Shown here piece after piece: positions 36,690 to 45,829 of a stretch of 64,000 nt of DNA. The position numbers were made by a program, and so were the translations under genes. The notes beneath the pieces are model-generated. The model ran no database searches. It was not told the origin of the DNA and worked only from the letters and a program-made list of their open reading frames with translations. Position 1 is the first letter of the stretch, and each line of letters starts with the position of its first letter. The stretch is taken from positions 1 through 64,000 of the forward strand of contig JBDRNC010000003.1 of assembly GCA_043811535.1 (NCBI GenBank), read 5' to 3'. The DNA comes from Elusimicrobiota bacterium (GTDB lineage: Bacteria; Elusimicrobiota; Endomicrobiia; Endomicrobiales; JBDRNC01).

Positions 36690-36736
36690 GGACAATGGCG
36701 TCCAGTAATGCACCAGCATACGGACGCCATTTTTCT
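36690..36736 (+). promoter_or_regulatory. Intercistronic terminator overlapped by an ANTAR-like hexaloop hairpin
   Basis: GGAC-AATGGC-GTCC overlaps the stem aatggcgtcc/ggacgccatt, followed by tttct. Confidence 0.65.
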
Positions 36737-36745
36737 AGGAAAAAT

Positions 36746-39700
36746 ATGAGTAACTCGGAAAGAACGCAAAATCACGGGCTCTACGATCCGCGGTATGAAC
36801 ACGATTCCTGCGGAGTGGGATTTGTCTGCGATATTAAAGGCAGGCGGTCCAACGATATCGTTCTGCAGGGGCTGGAAGTCCTGCGCCGCCTGTCGCACAG
36901 GGGAGCCACGGGTTCCGACCCGAAGACCGGCGATGGGGCAGGGATACTTATTCAGATTCCGCACGAATTTCTTTCAAAGGCCGTCCAGCCGGCCGGGTTC
37001 AATCTGCCCGGCCCGGGGGAATACGCGGCGGGACTGGTTTTCCTGCCAAAAGATCCTGCCGGGCGTGAATTCTGCAAGAAAACATTCACCGATACCGCGA
37101 AACAGAACAAGCTGGAACTGCTCGGATGGCGGAACGTTCCCGTGGACAGTTCTGTTATAGGCAAGACAGCCAGGGACACGGAACCCGCGATGGAGCAGGT
37201 TTTCATCCAAAGGCCCCAGAAAATAAAGGACCAGGCGGATTTCGAACGGAAATTGTATGTCCTCAGAAAACAGGCCGAGACAGCCGTCCGTTCTTCCGGC
37301 AATGAACATAGATCAAGCTTCTATATAACCAACCTGTCGTCGCGGACGCTCCTTTACAAGGGCCTGCTGATGCCCGAGCAGCTTGAGAATTACTTCGTTG
37401 ACCTCAAGGATAAAGACATCTCCAGCGCCATCTGTCTTGTCCACTCCAGATACAGCACCAACACCTTCCCGACGTGGGACCTCGCGCAGCCGTTCCGGTA
37501 TCTTGCGCATAACGGCGAGATAAACACACTTCGCGGCAACGCGAACTGGATGCGCGCAAAGGAAGGGATGATGCAGAGCCGCCTCTACGGCAGGGACATA
37601 GAAAAACTAAAACCCGTCGTGGTTCCGGGCGGAAGCGACTCTGCCGCGCTGGATAACGTTTTTGAACTGCTCGTGGCGGCTGGCCGGCCTCTGGCGCAGG
37701 CCATGACTATGCTGATACCTGCCGCGTGGGAGCATGACGATCATATGTCCCCGGCGCTCAGGGACTATTACATGTACCACACCTGCATCATGGAGCCGTG
37801 GGACGGCCCCGCGGCGGTTGCTTTTTCCGACGGAACATGCGTCGGGGCGGTGCTGGACAGGAACGGCCTGAGGCCGGCAAGGTATATCGTCACGAAAGAC
37901 GGCCGCGTTGTCATGGCTTCGGAAGTGGGTGTGCTGGACATCGATCCCGCCGATATAGTCAGGTCCGGAAGGCTGGAGCCGGGCAGGATATTCTATGTGG
38001 ACACCGCGCAGGGAATAATAATACCGGACGAGGATATCAAAAAAACGCTCGCGTCCAAAAAACCTTACGGCGAGTGGATCAGGGAAAATATGATAGAGCT
38101 GGACGACCTGCGTGAAGTCCCGGTCAGGGACAGCCGCAGCGCGGATATCGATACATCGCTCAAGGCCTTCGGGTACACTCGCGAGGATCTTAAGGTGATA
38201 ATAAAGCCGATGGCCGAATTCGGGCAGGAGCCGGTCGGATCAATGGGCAACGACGCGCCTCACGCGGTGCTGTCGCAAAGGCCGCAGCTTCCGTACAATT
38301 ATTTCAGACAGTTATTCGCGCAGGTCACGAACCCGCCGATCGACCCGATACGCGAAGAGCTTGTGATGAGCCTTGAGAGCTACATGGGCTCGCGCAACAA
38401 TCTCATGGACGAAAAATACGACCATGCGGTCCGGCTCAGGATTATGAGGCCTATACTTACGAACAGCGAGCTTGAAAAGATCAGGGCGATGAAAGAGCCC
38501 GGTTTTAAAGTGACCACTATATCCACGCTTTTCAAAGCCGGCGAAGAAGGCGCTTTCATGGGAGCCATTGACAGGATATGCGATGAAGCCGACCTTGCCG
38601 TGAAAGAGCGCGACAACATAATAATTTTGAGCGACCGCGGGGCGGACAGGGAAAACGCGGCTGTACCGGCGCTTCTTGCCGTCGGCGCGGTTCATCATTT
38701 CCTTGTCAGGAAGGCGACGCGCGCTCAAGTCGGACTCATAGTTGAAAGCGCGGAACCGCGTGAAGTCACCCATTTCGCGCTGCTGCTGGGTTTCGGCGCC
38801 GGCTGCGTCAACCCGTATCTCGCCTACGAAGCGGTTGAGATGCTGGCGCGGCAGGGCGAACTTAACCTGAACGCCGGAACGGCGCTTAACAACTACGTGC
38901 ATGCCGTAGAGAAAGGCATAAAGAAGATATTGTCCAAGATGGGAATATCGACGCTTCAGAGCTACCGCGGCGCGCAGATCTTTGAGGCGTTGGGACTTGG
39001 GAACGAAGTGATAGAGAGGTGTTTCGCGGGGACGGTTTCGCGCGTCGGCGGAGCAGGCTTTGACGTGCTTGAAAAGGAATGCCTCGCGAGGCACGCGGAA
39101 GCCTTTTCTGAAAGAAAATCCGGCCAGGCGGTGCTTGAAAGCGGAGGCGTTTACCAGTGGAAGCGCGACGGCGAGTTCCACCTGTGGAATCCGGAGAGCA
39201 TCGCGGCCCTTCAGGACGCCGTCAGGAACAACGACGCGGAAAAATACAGGAAATTCGCCGGCCTTATCAATGACCAGTCAAAACAGCCGGTGACATTAAG
39301 ATCGCTTTTGAGGTTCAGGAATTTAAATTCTGTGCCGTTAAGCGAAGTTGAACCGGCCGGGGATATATTAAAGCGTTTCGCGACGGGAGCGATGAGTTTC
39401 GGTTCCATAAGCCGCGCCACCCACGAAACGATAGCCGTGGCCATGAACCGCATCGGCGGGAAATCCAATACAGGCGAAGGCGGGGAGGACCCGGCAAGGT
39501 TCGTCCCGCTTCCGAACGGCGATTCAAAGCGCAGCGCGATTAAGCAAGTGGCATCCGGCAGGTTCGGCGTGACCGCGAATTATCTTATTAACGCGGAGGA
39601 GATACAGATAAAGATCGCGCAGGGCGCGAAACCCGGCGAAGGCGGCCAGCTACCCGGCCACAAGGTCAGCGCTGTGATAGCCAGGACTCGCTACACGACG

Positions 39701-41272
39701 CAGGGCGTCACGCTGATATCCCCGCCGCCGCACCACGACATATATTCAATCGAGGACCTGGCCCAGCTGATTTTCGACCTTAAGAACGTAAACCCGCGCG
39801 CAAGGATAAGCGTTAAACTGGTTTCAGAAATAGGCGTGGGCACCGTTGCGGCCGGAGTCGCCAAGGGGCACGCCGACATGATACTTATTTCAGGAGGCGA
39901 CGGCGGCACCGGGGCGTCGCCGGTAAGCTCCATTAAACACGCGGGATTGCCGTGGGAGCTGGGCCTCGCGGAGACGCACCAGACGCTAGTGATGAATGAT
40001 TTGAGGAGCCGCGTGCGCCTGCAGGCCGACGGCCAGATGCGCACGGGCAGGGATGTCGCGATAGCGGCACTTCTGGGAGCCGAGGAGTTCGGGTTTTGCA
40101 CGGCCGTCCTTGTTACGCTAGGGTGCGTGATGCTCAGGCACTGCAACCTGAACAACTGCTCGGTCGGCGTCGCGACGCAGGACGAGGAACTTGAAAAGCG
40201 TTTCGCCGGGAAACCGGAGTACATAATCAACTACTTCAATTTTGTAGTTGAAGAACTGCGGGGCATCATGGCTCAGCTTGGCGTCAGGAAGCTGGACGAC
40301 ATGATAGGCAGGACAGAACTGCTTGAAGTCAACGAAGATATCAAGCCCTGGAAGGCGAAAGATCTGGATTACTCGAGGATACTCTATAAGCCCGAGTCGC
40401 CTCCGGCGGTCGGAACGCGCTGTACTACAGGGCAAAACCACGGGATAGAAGACGTTCTTGACAGAAAGCTCATGGAACTGGCAAAAGAGGCGCTACAAAA
40501 TAAAAAACCCGTCAGGATAGAAATGCCGATAAAGAATTTCAACAGGACGGCCGGCGCGATGTTGAGCGGCGAGGTATGCAGAAGGTTCGGCGAAGAAGGC
40601 CTGCCCGACGATACGATACACTGCAAATTTACCGGCAACGCCGGGCAGAGTTTCGCCGCGTGGCTCGGTAGCGGCGTGACTTTCGAGCTTGAAGGTATGG
40701 CGAACGACTACGTGGGAAAGGGGATTTCCGGAGGAAAGATAATAATTTATCCCGGCAAGGGCGCCTCTTACGTCCCCGAGGAAAACATCATAATAGGCAA
40801 CACGACGTTTTACGGGGCTATATCCGGCGAGGCCTACATCCGCGGCGTGGCGGGCGAGCGTTTCTGCATAAGGAACTCGGGGCTGAATGCGGTTGTGGAG
40901 GGCGTCGGCGACCATGGCTGCGAATACATGACCGGAGGAAGGGTGGTCGTGCTCGGCAGGACCGGCAGGAATTTCGCGGCAGGGATGTCCGGCGGTATGG
41001 CCTATGTGTATGATCCTGCAGGGAACCTGAAATTACGGTGCAACCTGGGCATGGCGGAACTTGATACTCCCGGAATTCCCGACAAGGAAGCGATAAAGAT
41101 ACTGCTCAGGAATCACCTGAAATACACCGGAAGCGCGGCCGCGAAGAAGATACTGGATAATTTTGACGTTGAGATACTGAAATTCACGAGAGTCATCTCC
41201 ACCGAATACAAGAGCCTGCTCAATAACAGGAGAATAGAGCCGAAATTCGAAGTCGAAGAAGATCCAGAATAA
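36746..41272 (+). CDS. gltB: Glutamate synthase large subunit
   Basis: EHDSCGVG, HSRYSTNT, MEPWDGPA, GAMSFGS, SNTGEGG and QGAKPGEGG motifs. Confidence 0.98.
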   Translation: MSNSERTQNHGLYDPRYEHDSCGVGFVCDIKGRRSNDIVLQGLEVLRRLSHRGATGSDPKTGDGAGILIQIPHEFLSKAVQPAGFNLPGPGEYAAGLVFLPKDPAGREFCKKTFTDTAKQNKLELLGWRNVPVDSSVIGKTARDTEPAMEQVFIQRPQKIKDQADFERKLYVLRKQAETAVRSSGNEHRSSFYITNLSSRTLLYKGLLMPEQLENYFVDLKDKDISSAICLVHSRYSTNTFPTWDLAQPFRYLAHNGEINTLRGNANWMRAKEGMMQSRLYGRDIEKLKPVVVPGGSDSAALDNVFELLVAAGRPLAQAMTMLIPAAWEHDDHMSPALRDYYMYHTCIMEPWDGPAAVAFSDGTCVGAVLDRNGLRPARYIVTKDGRVVMASEVGVLDIDPADIVRSGRLEPGRIFYVDTAQGIIIPDEDIKKTLASKKPYGEWIRENMIELDDLREVPVRDSRSADIDTSLKAFGYTREDLKVIIKPMAEFGQEPVGSMGNDAPHAVLSQRPQLPYNYFRQLFAQVTNPPIDPIREELVMSLESYMGSRNNLMDEKYDHAVRLRIMRPILTNSELEKIRAMKEPGFKVTTISTLFKAGEEGAFMGAIDRICDEADLAVKERDNIIILSDRGADRENAAVPALLAVGAVHHFLVRKATRAQVGLIVESAEPREVTHFALLLGFGAGCVNPYLAYEAVEMLARQGELNLNAGTALNNYVHAVEKGIKKILSKMGISTLQSYRGAQIFEALGLGNEVIERCFAGTVSRVGGAGFDVLEKECLARHAEAFSERKSGQAVLESGGVYQWKRDGEFHLWNPESIAALQDAVRNNDAEKYRKFAGLINDQSKQPVTLRSLLRFRNLNSVPLSEVEPAGDILKRFATGAMSFGSISRATHETIAVAMNRIGGKSNTGEGGEDPARFVPLPNGDSKRSAIKQVASGRFGVTANYLINAEEIQIKIAQGAKPGEGGQLPGHKVSAVIARTRYTTQGVTLISPPPHHDIYSIEDLAQLIFDLKNVNPRARISVKLVSEIGVGTVAAGVAKGHADMILISGGDGGTGASPVSSIKHAGLPWELGLAETHQTLVMNDLRSRVRLQADGQMRTGRDVAIAALLGAEEFGFCTAVLVTLGCVMLRHCNLNNCSVGVATQDEELEKRFAGKPEYIINYFNFVVEELRGIMAQLGVRKLDDMIGRTELLEVNEDIKPWKAKDLDYSRILYKPESPPAVGTRCTTGQNHGIEDVLDRKLMELAKEALQNKKPVRIEMPIKNFNRTAGAMLSGEVCRRFGEEGLPDDTIHCKFTGNAGQSFAAWLGSGVTFELEGMANDYVGKGISGGKIIIYPGKGASYVPEENIIIGNTTFYGAISGEAYIRGVAGERFCIRNSGLNAVVEGVGDHGCEYMTGGRVVVLGRTGRNFAAGMSGGMAYVYDPAGNLKLRCNLGMAELDTPGIPDKEAIKILLRNHLKYTGSAAAKKILDNFDVEILKFTRVISTEYKSLLNNRRIEPKFEVEEDPE

Positions 41273-41276
41273 AGAC

Positions 41277-41414
41277 AAACAATAAATACTAAACACTAAA
41301 AACTAAATAAACTCTAAATACAAAAAATAAAACACAAACACAGCAGTTATATTCGATATTTGAATTTAATATTTTGTATTCATTTAGTGTTTAGTATTTT
41401 GAGTTTAGTGTTTG
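41277..41414. repeat. Long AT-rich heptamer inverted array (same family as 19503-19685, no cassette)
   Basis: aaacaat aaatact aaacact aaaaact ... tttagtg tttagta ttttgag tttagtg. Confidence 0.85.
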
Positions 41415-41423
41415 GAGTAAAAT

Positions 41424-42848
41424 ATGGGCGACATAAGAGGTTTCCTAAAGCATAAAAGAGAGAGCGCGGAATACCGCCCCGCGTGCGAGAGGACGTCGGA
41501 TTACCGCGACGTCGCGGCCGCGCGCGCCGAGAAGCTGTCCGTAGAACAATCCTCGCGCTGCATGGACTGCGGCACGCCGTTCTGCCACTGGGGGTGCCCG
41601 CTCGGAAACTATATCCCGGAATGGAACGACTACGTCTATAACCTTGGGTGGGAAAAAGCGCTGAAGCTCCTTCTGGCGACGAACAACCTGCCCGAAATCA
41701 CCGGGCGCCTTTGCCCAGCTCCTTGCGAGTACGCGTGCGTGCTCGCAATAAATGACGATCCTGTCACTATACGCGAGAACGAACTCGCCATCATAGAGCA
41801 CGGTTTCAGAAATAATTTGATGACGCCCGTTAAACCGGAGATAAAGACCGGTAAAAAAGTGGCTGTCATCGGTTCCGGGCCCGCCGGGCTTGCCTGCGCC
41901 GACCAGTTGAACAAGGCGGGACATTCAGTCACGGTTTTTGAGCGCGGCGCTAAAGCGGGCGGGATACTGCGTTACGGAATACCTGATTTCAAGCTGGAGA
42001 AATGCATTCTGGACAGAAGGATAGAGGTCTGGAAGAACGAAGGTATAGAGTTCAGTACAGGAACCGCGGCCGGCGCCGAAATCCTTTCCGCGTTTGACGC
42101 GGTATGCCTGGCTTGCGGCAGCAGAGTCCCGCGCGACATGAAAGTAGATGGCAGGGAGCTTTCCGGGATATATTTCGCCATGGATTACCTGACACAGTCC
42201 AACATGCGGGTTGCCGGCGAGAAATCCGGCGGAGAAGTTATTGACGCAAAGGGCAGGAAGGTCGTTGTAATCGGCGGCGGCGACACGGGTTCGGATTGCG
42301 TGGGCACCGCGCACAGGCAGGGGGCGCGGTCGGTCACTCAGATAGAGATCCTTCCTAAACCTTCCGAATGCAGGCCCCAGGACCAGCCGTGGCCGGCGTA
42401 CCCGACACTTTTTAAGACAACCTCAAGCCATGAAGAAGGCGGGGAGCGCCACTGGGAAGTGTCAACAAAGAAATTCATGGGAGAAAACGGCAAGGTCAGA
42501 AAGCTCCTTGCCTCGAAAGTTAAATTTTCGAAAGATTCAAAAGGCTGCTGGGTCATGAACGAGGTTCCGGGTTCGGAATTTGAAATAGAGGCCGATATGG
42601 TGGTTTTGGCGATGGGATTCCTGCATCCGGAAAAAAAGGGGCTAGTTGAAGAACTAGGGCTTGAGCTTGACCAGCGGGGTAACGTAAAAACAGGGCCTGA
42701 TTTCAGGACTTCCAAAGACAAGATTTTCTGCGCGGGCGATATGAGGAGGGGCCAATCATCGATAGTCTGGGCGATATCCGAAGGCCGCAGGGCCGCGCAC
42801 TATATTGATAAATTCCTGATGGGAAAAACAAACTTACCGAATATATAA
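41424..42848 (+). CDS. gltD: Glutamate synthase small subunit
   Basis: RCMDCGTPFC, GSGPAG, GGGDTGSDC and GDMRRGQS motifs. Confidence 0.97.
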   Translation: MGDIRGFLKHKRESAEYRPACERTSDYRDVAAARAEKLSVEQSSRCMDCGTPFCHWGCPLGNYIPEWNDYVYNLGWEKALKLLLATNNLPEITGRLCPAPCEYACVLAINDDPVTIRENELAIIEHGFRNNLMTPVKPEIKTGKKVAVIGSGPAGLACADQLNKAGHSVTVFERGAKAGGILRYGIPDFKLEKCILDRRIEVWKNEGIEFSTGTAAGAEILSAFDAVCLACGSRVPRDMKVDGRELSGIYFAMDYLTQSNMRVAGEKSGGEVIDAKGRKVVVIGGGDTGSDCVGTAHRQGARSVTQIEILPKPSECRPQDQPWPAYPTLFKTTSSHEEGGERHWEVSTKKFMGENGKVRKLLASKVKFSKDSKGCWVMNEVPGSEFEIEADMVVLAMGFLHPEKKGLVEELGLELDQRGNVKTGPDFRTSKDKIFCAGDMRRGQSSIVWAISEGRRAAHYIDKFLMGKTNLPNI

Positions 42849-42855
42849 ATAATTA

Positions 42856-42931
42856 AAAGATTGCAAGATTGGAAAGATTGAAAGGTTAGAGTCCGTAATC
42901 TTTAAATCTTGGAATCTTCAAATCTTTCAAT
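42856..42931. repeat. Octamer inverted array (AAAGATTG/AATCTTTN) between convergent genes
   Basis: aaagattg caagattg gaaagattg aaaggtt ... aatcttta aatcttgg aatcttca aatctttc. Confidence 0.8.
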
Positions 42932-43667
42932 TCTCTTTTTGTGCCAAAACAATTATTCTTCCAGAGTTCTTCGTAAACCTTGAAAGGTCGAAACCGCCGA
43001 AAACCTTCAATAGTTTAAAGCCCGTCTTCTTCAGCAATTTCCTTAGTTCCGGCCATGAATATGTCCTTATCCTGAATTCGTATGTCCTTCTCTTGCCGCT
43101 CTTTATGAAAATGAAGTCGCGCTTAACCGAGACGGTTTTTCTTTTCGGGTTATAACGCCTTGTCTCAAGAACGACGTAGTCCCCGTGGTCGCTCCATCCC
43201 TGCGACGGCATGTGTCCGTGCCCGGGCGTGTCGTGGGAGAGGTCCAGCAGGAACTTCCCGTTCTTTTTAAGGGCTTTATGGACCTTCCTGAGGACCGATT
43301 CGTTGTCTTTGTCGCTGAAATAGCCAAAAGCAGTGAACCAGTTTATCACTATGTCGAATTCTTCTCTGAAACCGATCTTTCTCATGTCTTTACGGATAAA
43401 ATCGATTTTACGGGAACCGGCCCTTTTTCGCGCGACACTGAGCAGGTACTTGGAATAATCCACTCCCGTAACTCGATATCCCTTTTTTGCCAGTTCGATG
43501 GATATGCGCCCCTGGCCGCACGCGAGATCCAGTATGCGCGCGCCGGCTGCGGGCCGCAGGATTTTCAGAATCGCGCGGGTCTCTTTTCTTGTCCGCGCTC
43601 GGGTCAGGTATCGTGCTTCATACTGCCGCAGGTAATCTTCTGTGAAAAAACATTTCCACCAGTCCAT
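42927..43667 (-). CDS. Class I SAM-dependent methyltransferase
   Basis: ILDLACGQGR, TGVDYS, DMR, FTAFGYF and LKKNGKFLLD motifs. Confidence 0.92.
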   Translation of the reverse strand: MDWWKCFFTEDYLRQYEARYLTRARTRKETRAILKILRPAAGARILDLACGQGRISIELAKKGYRVTGVDYSKYLLSVARKRAGSRKIDFIRKDMRKIGFREEFDIVINWFTAFGYFSDKDNESVLRKVHKALKKNGKFLLDLSHDTPGHGHMPSQGWSDHGDYVVLETRRYNPKRKTVSVKRDFIFIKSGKRRTYEFRIRTYSWPELRKLLKKTGFKLLKVFGGFDLSRFTKNSGRIIVLAQKEN

Positions 43668-43845
43668 AATATCCTCAATTTTCAGCTATAATACGGAATA
43701 ATCCTACTTAATTCTACATATTTCCAATTCATTTGACAATAGTTTTTTACCTTAAAACTGCGCCCGGAACAACGGCACGGATTTGCAAAGACTGTTTCAA
43801 TTTTTAAGTATTTTATTAATGAAAAAACAATTAATAAAATAACCC

Positions 43846-43874
43846 TTGACATTATTCGAAATTTATATTATAAA
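43846..43874 (+). promoter_or_regulatory. sigma70 promoter of hup
   Basis: TTGACA-N17-TATAAA. Confidence 0.6.
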
Positions 43875-43969
43875 CTTAATGTATTCTATAAATTGTATTT
43901 CTCATTGATTTTAGCGTATATATAGGTAGCAAGACAAGAAGAAGTGCAAATCTAAGGAGGTAGCCTCTG

Positions 43970-44242
43970 ATGAAAAAGCCAGAGGTAGTCAAGCGTGTAG
44001 CTGAAGCTGCCGGTCTTACGTACGGTGATGCGAATAGAGGAATAAAGTCTCTTGTAAAAACCATTCAAGATGCGCTTAAGAATGGCGATGTGGTATCTTT
44101 ATCAGGACTGGGCTCGTTTCGAACAAAAGCGCGCAAAGCCCGCCAGGGAAGAAACCCTAAAACAGGGGAAATCATTCCCGTCCCGCCAGGAAAAAAGGTT
44201 TCATTCAAGCCGACCACGACTTTGCGGAAACTCATCCAGTAA
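43970..44242 (+). CDS. hup: HU-family DNA-binding protein
   Basis: GLGSF, ARQGRNPKTGE and SFKP motifs; AAGGAGG SD. Confidence 0.95.
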   Translation: MKKPEVVKRVAEAAGLTYGDANRGIKSLVKTIQDALKNGDVVSLSGLGSFRTKARKARQGRNPKTGEIIPVPPGKKVSFKPTTTLRKLIQ

Positions 44243-44286
44243 GGTTTGCCGGCTGAATTTCATTCCAAATACATTTGATTTTCGCT

Positions 44287-44574
44287 ATGCAAAAAGTTAA
44301 AATTAAAGGGCTAGCCACCTCAGCCGGATGGATTTTCTATGTCTGGGGAGCAATAGTGGTTTTGAAGGGTTTTTGGGACCTCTTCATCGGGGAACCCGAG
44401 GCCAATTTCTATTCTCCCGAGAAATGGCAGTTCGTTACCCAGAAACAGTGGCTTACCTGGTCGGGTTTTGAGGTCACGTACGGGCTGGCATGCATAGGCG
44501 TGGCGTACCTTTTAATGACGTATTCACAACGTCTCCCCGACTACATTAAAAGATTAGAAAGATTCAAAGATTAA
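44287..44574 (+). CDS. Hypothetical two-TM membrane protein
   Basis: Two hydrophobic segments in a co-oriented ORF. Confidence 0.6.
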   Translation: MQKVKIKGLATSAGWIFYVWGAIVVLKGFWDLFIGEPEANFYSPEKWQFVTQKQWLTWSGFEVTYGLACIGVAYLLMTYSQRLPDYIKRLERFKD

Positions 44575-44609
44575 CTGCAAACAACGAACTACAAACGACG
44601 AACTGCAAA
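44549..44609. repeat. Hybrid array (AAAGATT arm + AACTACR arm)
   Basis: aaagattag aaagattc aaagatt (gene 3' end) then aactgca aacaacg aactaca aacgacg aactgca. Confidence 0.75.
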
Positions 44610-44614
44610 AGAAC

Positions 44615-45823
44615 ATGAAAACTAAAAAAGAAAAAATAGTGCCATCAAAGAAGCTGCAGTCGCTGCCGCCCTATTTATTCACGAAGATAAATAAAATCAA
44701 GGCGGAAGCTTTCGCCAAGAAGCTTGACGTCATAGATCTTGGCATGGGCAATCCCGACCTGCCGACTCCCCTGCACATCGTAGAAAGGCTGTGCGATACG
44801 GTCAAGAACCATCCGAGGACGCACCGCTACCCGCAGGCGAAGGGCATGCCGCGCTTCAGGCGGGCTGTTGCCAAGTGGATGTTTCAGCGGTTCGGCGTAA
44901 CGCTTGACCCCGAGACTGAAATACACTCTTTAATAGGTTCCAAAGAAGGCATAGCCCATCTGTGTGTTGCCTACCTTAATCCCGGCGACGTAGCCCTGGT
45001 GTGCGACCCGGCTTATCCCGTGCACTTTAACGGGGTGATACTTGCGGGCGGCAAGACATATTCAATGCCGCTGTACGAGAAGAATAAATTTCTGCCGGAC
45101 CTTAAAAAGGTCCCGCCCGCAGTAGCCTGTAAAGCCAAACTGATGTTTTTGAATTACCCGAACAACCCTACGACCGCGGTGGTGGAGGACAGGAATTTCC
45201 TTGTTGAAGTCGTTGAGTTTGCGAAAAAATACGATATACTTGTCGTGTACGATAACGCCTATTCCGAGCTGAATTTCGGCGGCTACGTGGCTCCGTCTTT
45301 CTTTGAAATTTCTGGGAGCAGGGACGTCGGATTGGAGTTCCACTCGTTTTCCAAGACTTTCAACATGGCCGGATGGCGCATCGGCTGGGTCTGCGGCTCT
45401 CAAAAACTGCTGGCGCCCCTTGAAAAACTCAAGAGTTTCCTGGACTACGGTTCGCCGACCTTTGTTCAACTGGCAGCCGTGGCTGCCCTGGAGGGCTCGC
45501 AGGACTGCGTGAAGGAACAGGCGGCTGTCTACGAACGCAGGGCGAAAAAAGTTGTGGACGGGCTGAATAAAATGGGCTGGCCGGCCGAGATGCCGAAGGG
45601 TTCGATGTACCTCTGGCTGAAGCTTCCGCCTAAGCTTGAGAAGCTGGGCTCGATGCAGGTTTCGGAGGAGTTGATACGGGAGCACGGCGTCGTGACGGCG
45701 CCGGGTGTCGGTTTCGGTCCCGGCGGGGAAGGGTTTATCCGTATAGCGCTCGTGACGCACGATAACCGCTTTCATGACATGCTGCTGAGGATAAAGGAAT
45801 ACCTGAAAAGTAAAGGAAAATAG
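44615..45823 (+). CDS. Class I PLP aminotransferase (LL-DAP aminotransferase/AlaC-like)
   Basis: DLGMGNPD, GSKEG, NYPNNPT, DNAYSE and SFSKTFNMAGWRIG motifs. Confidence 0.85.
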   Translation: MKTKKEKIVPSKKLQSLPPYLFTKINKIKAEAFAKKLDVIDLGMGNPDLPTPLHIVERLCDTVKNHPRTHRYPQAKGMPRFRRAVAKWMFQRFGVTLDPETEIHSLIGSKEGIAHLCVAYLNPGDVALVCDPAYPVHFNGVILAGGKTYSMPLYEKNKFLPDLKKVPPAVACKAKLMFLNYPNNPTTAVVEDRNFLVEVVEFAKKYDILVVYDNAYSELNFGGYVAPSFFEISGSRDVGLEFHSFSKTFNMAGWRIGWVCGSQKLLAPLEKLKSFLDYGSPTFVQLAAVAALEGSQDCVKEQAAVYERRAKKVVDGLNKMGWPAEMPKGSMYLWLKLPPKLEKLGSMQVSEELIREHGVVTAPGVGFGPGGEGFIRIALVTHDNRFHDMLLRIKEYLKSKGK

Positions 45824-45829
45824 AAAATT

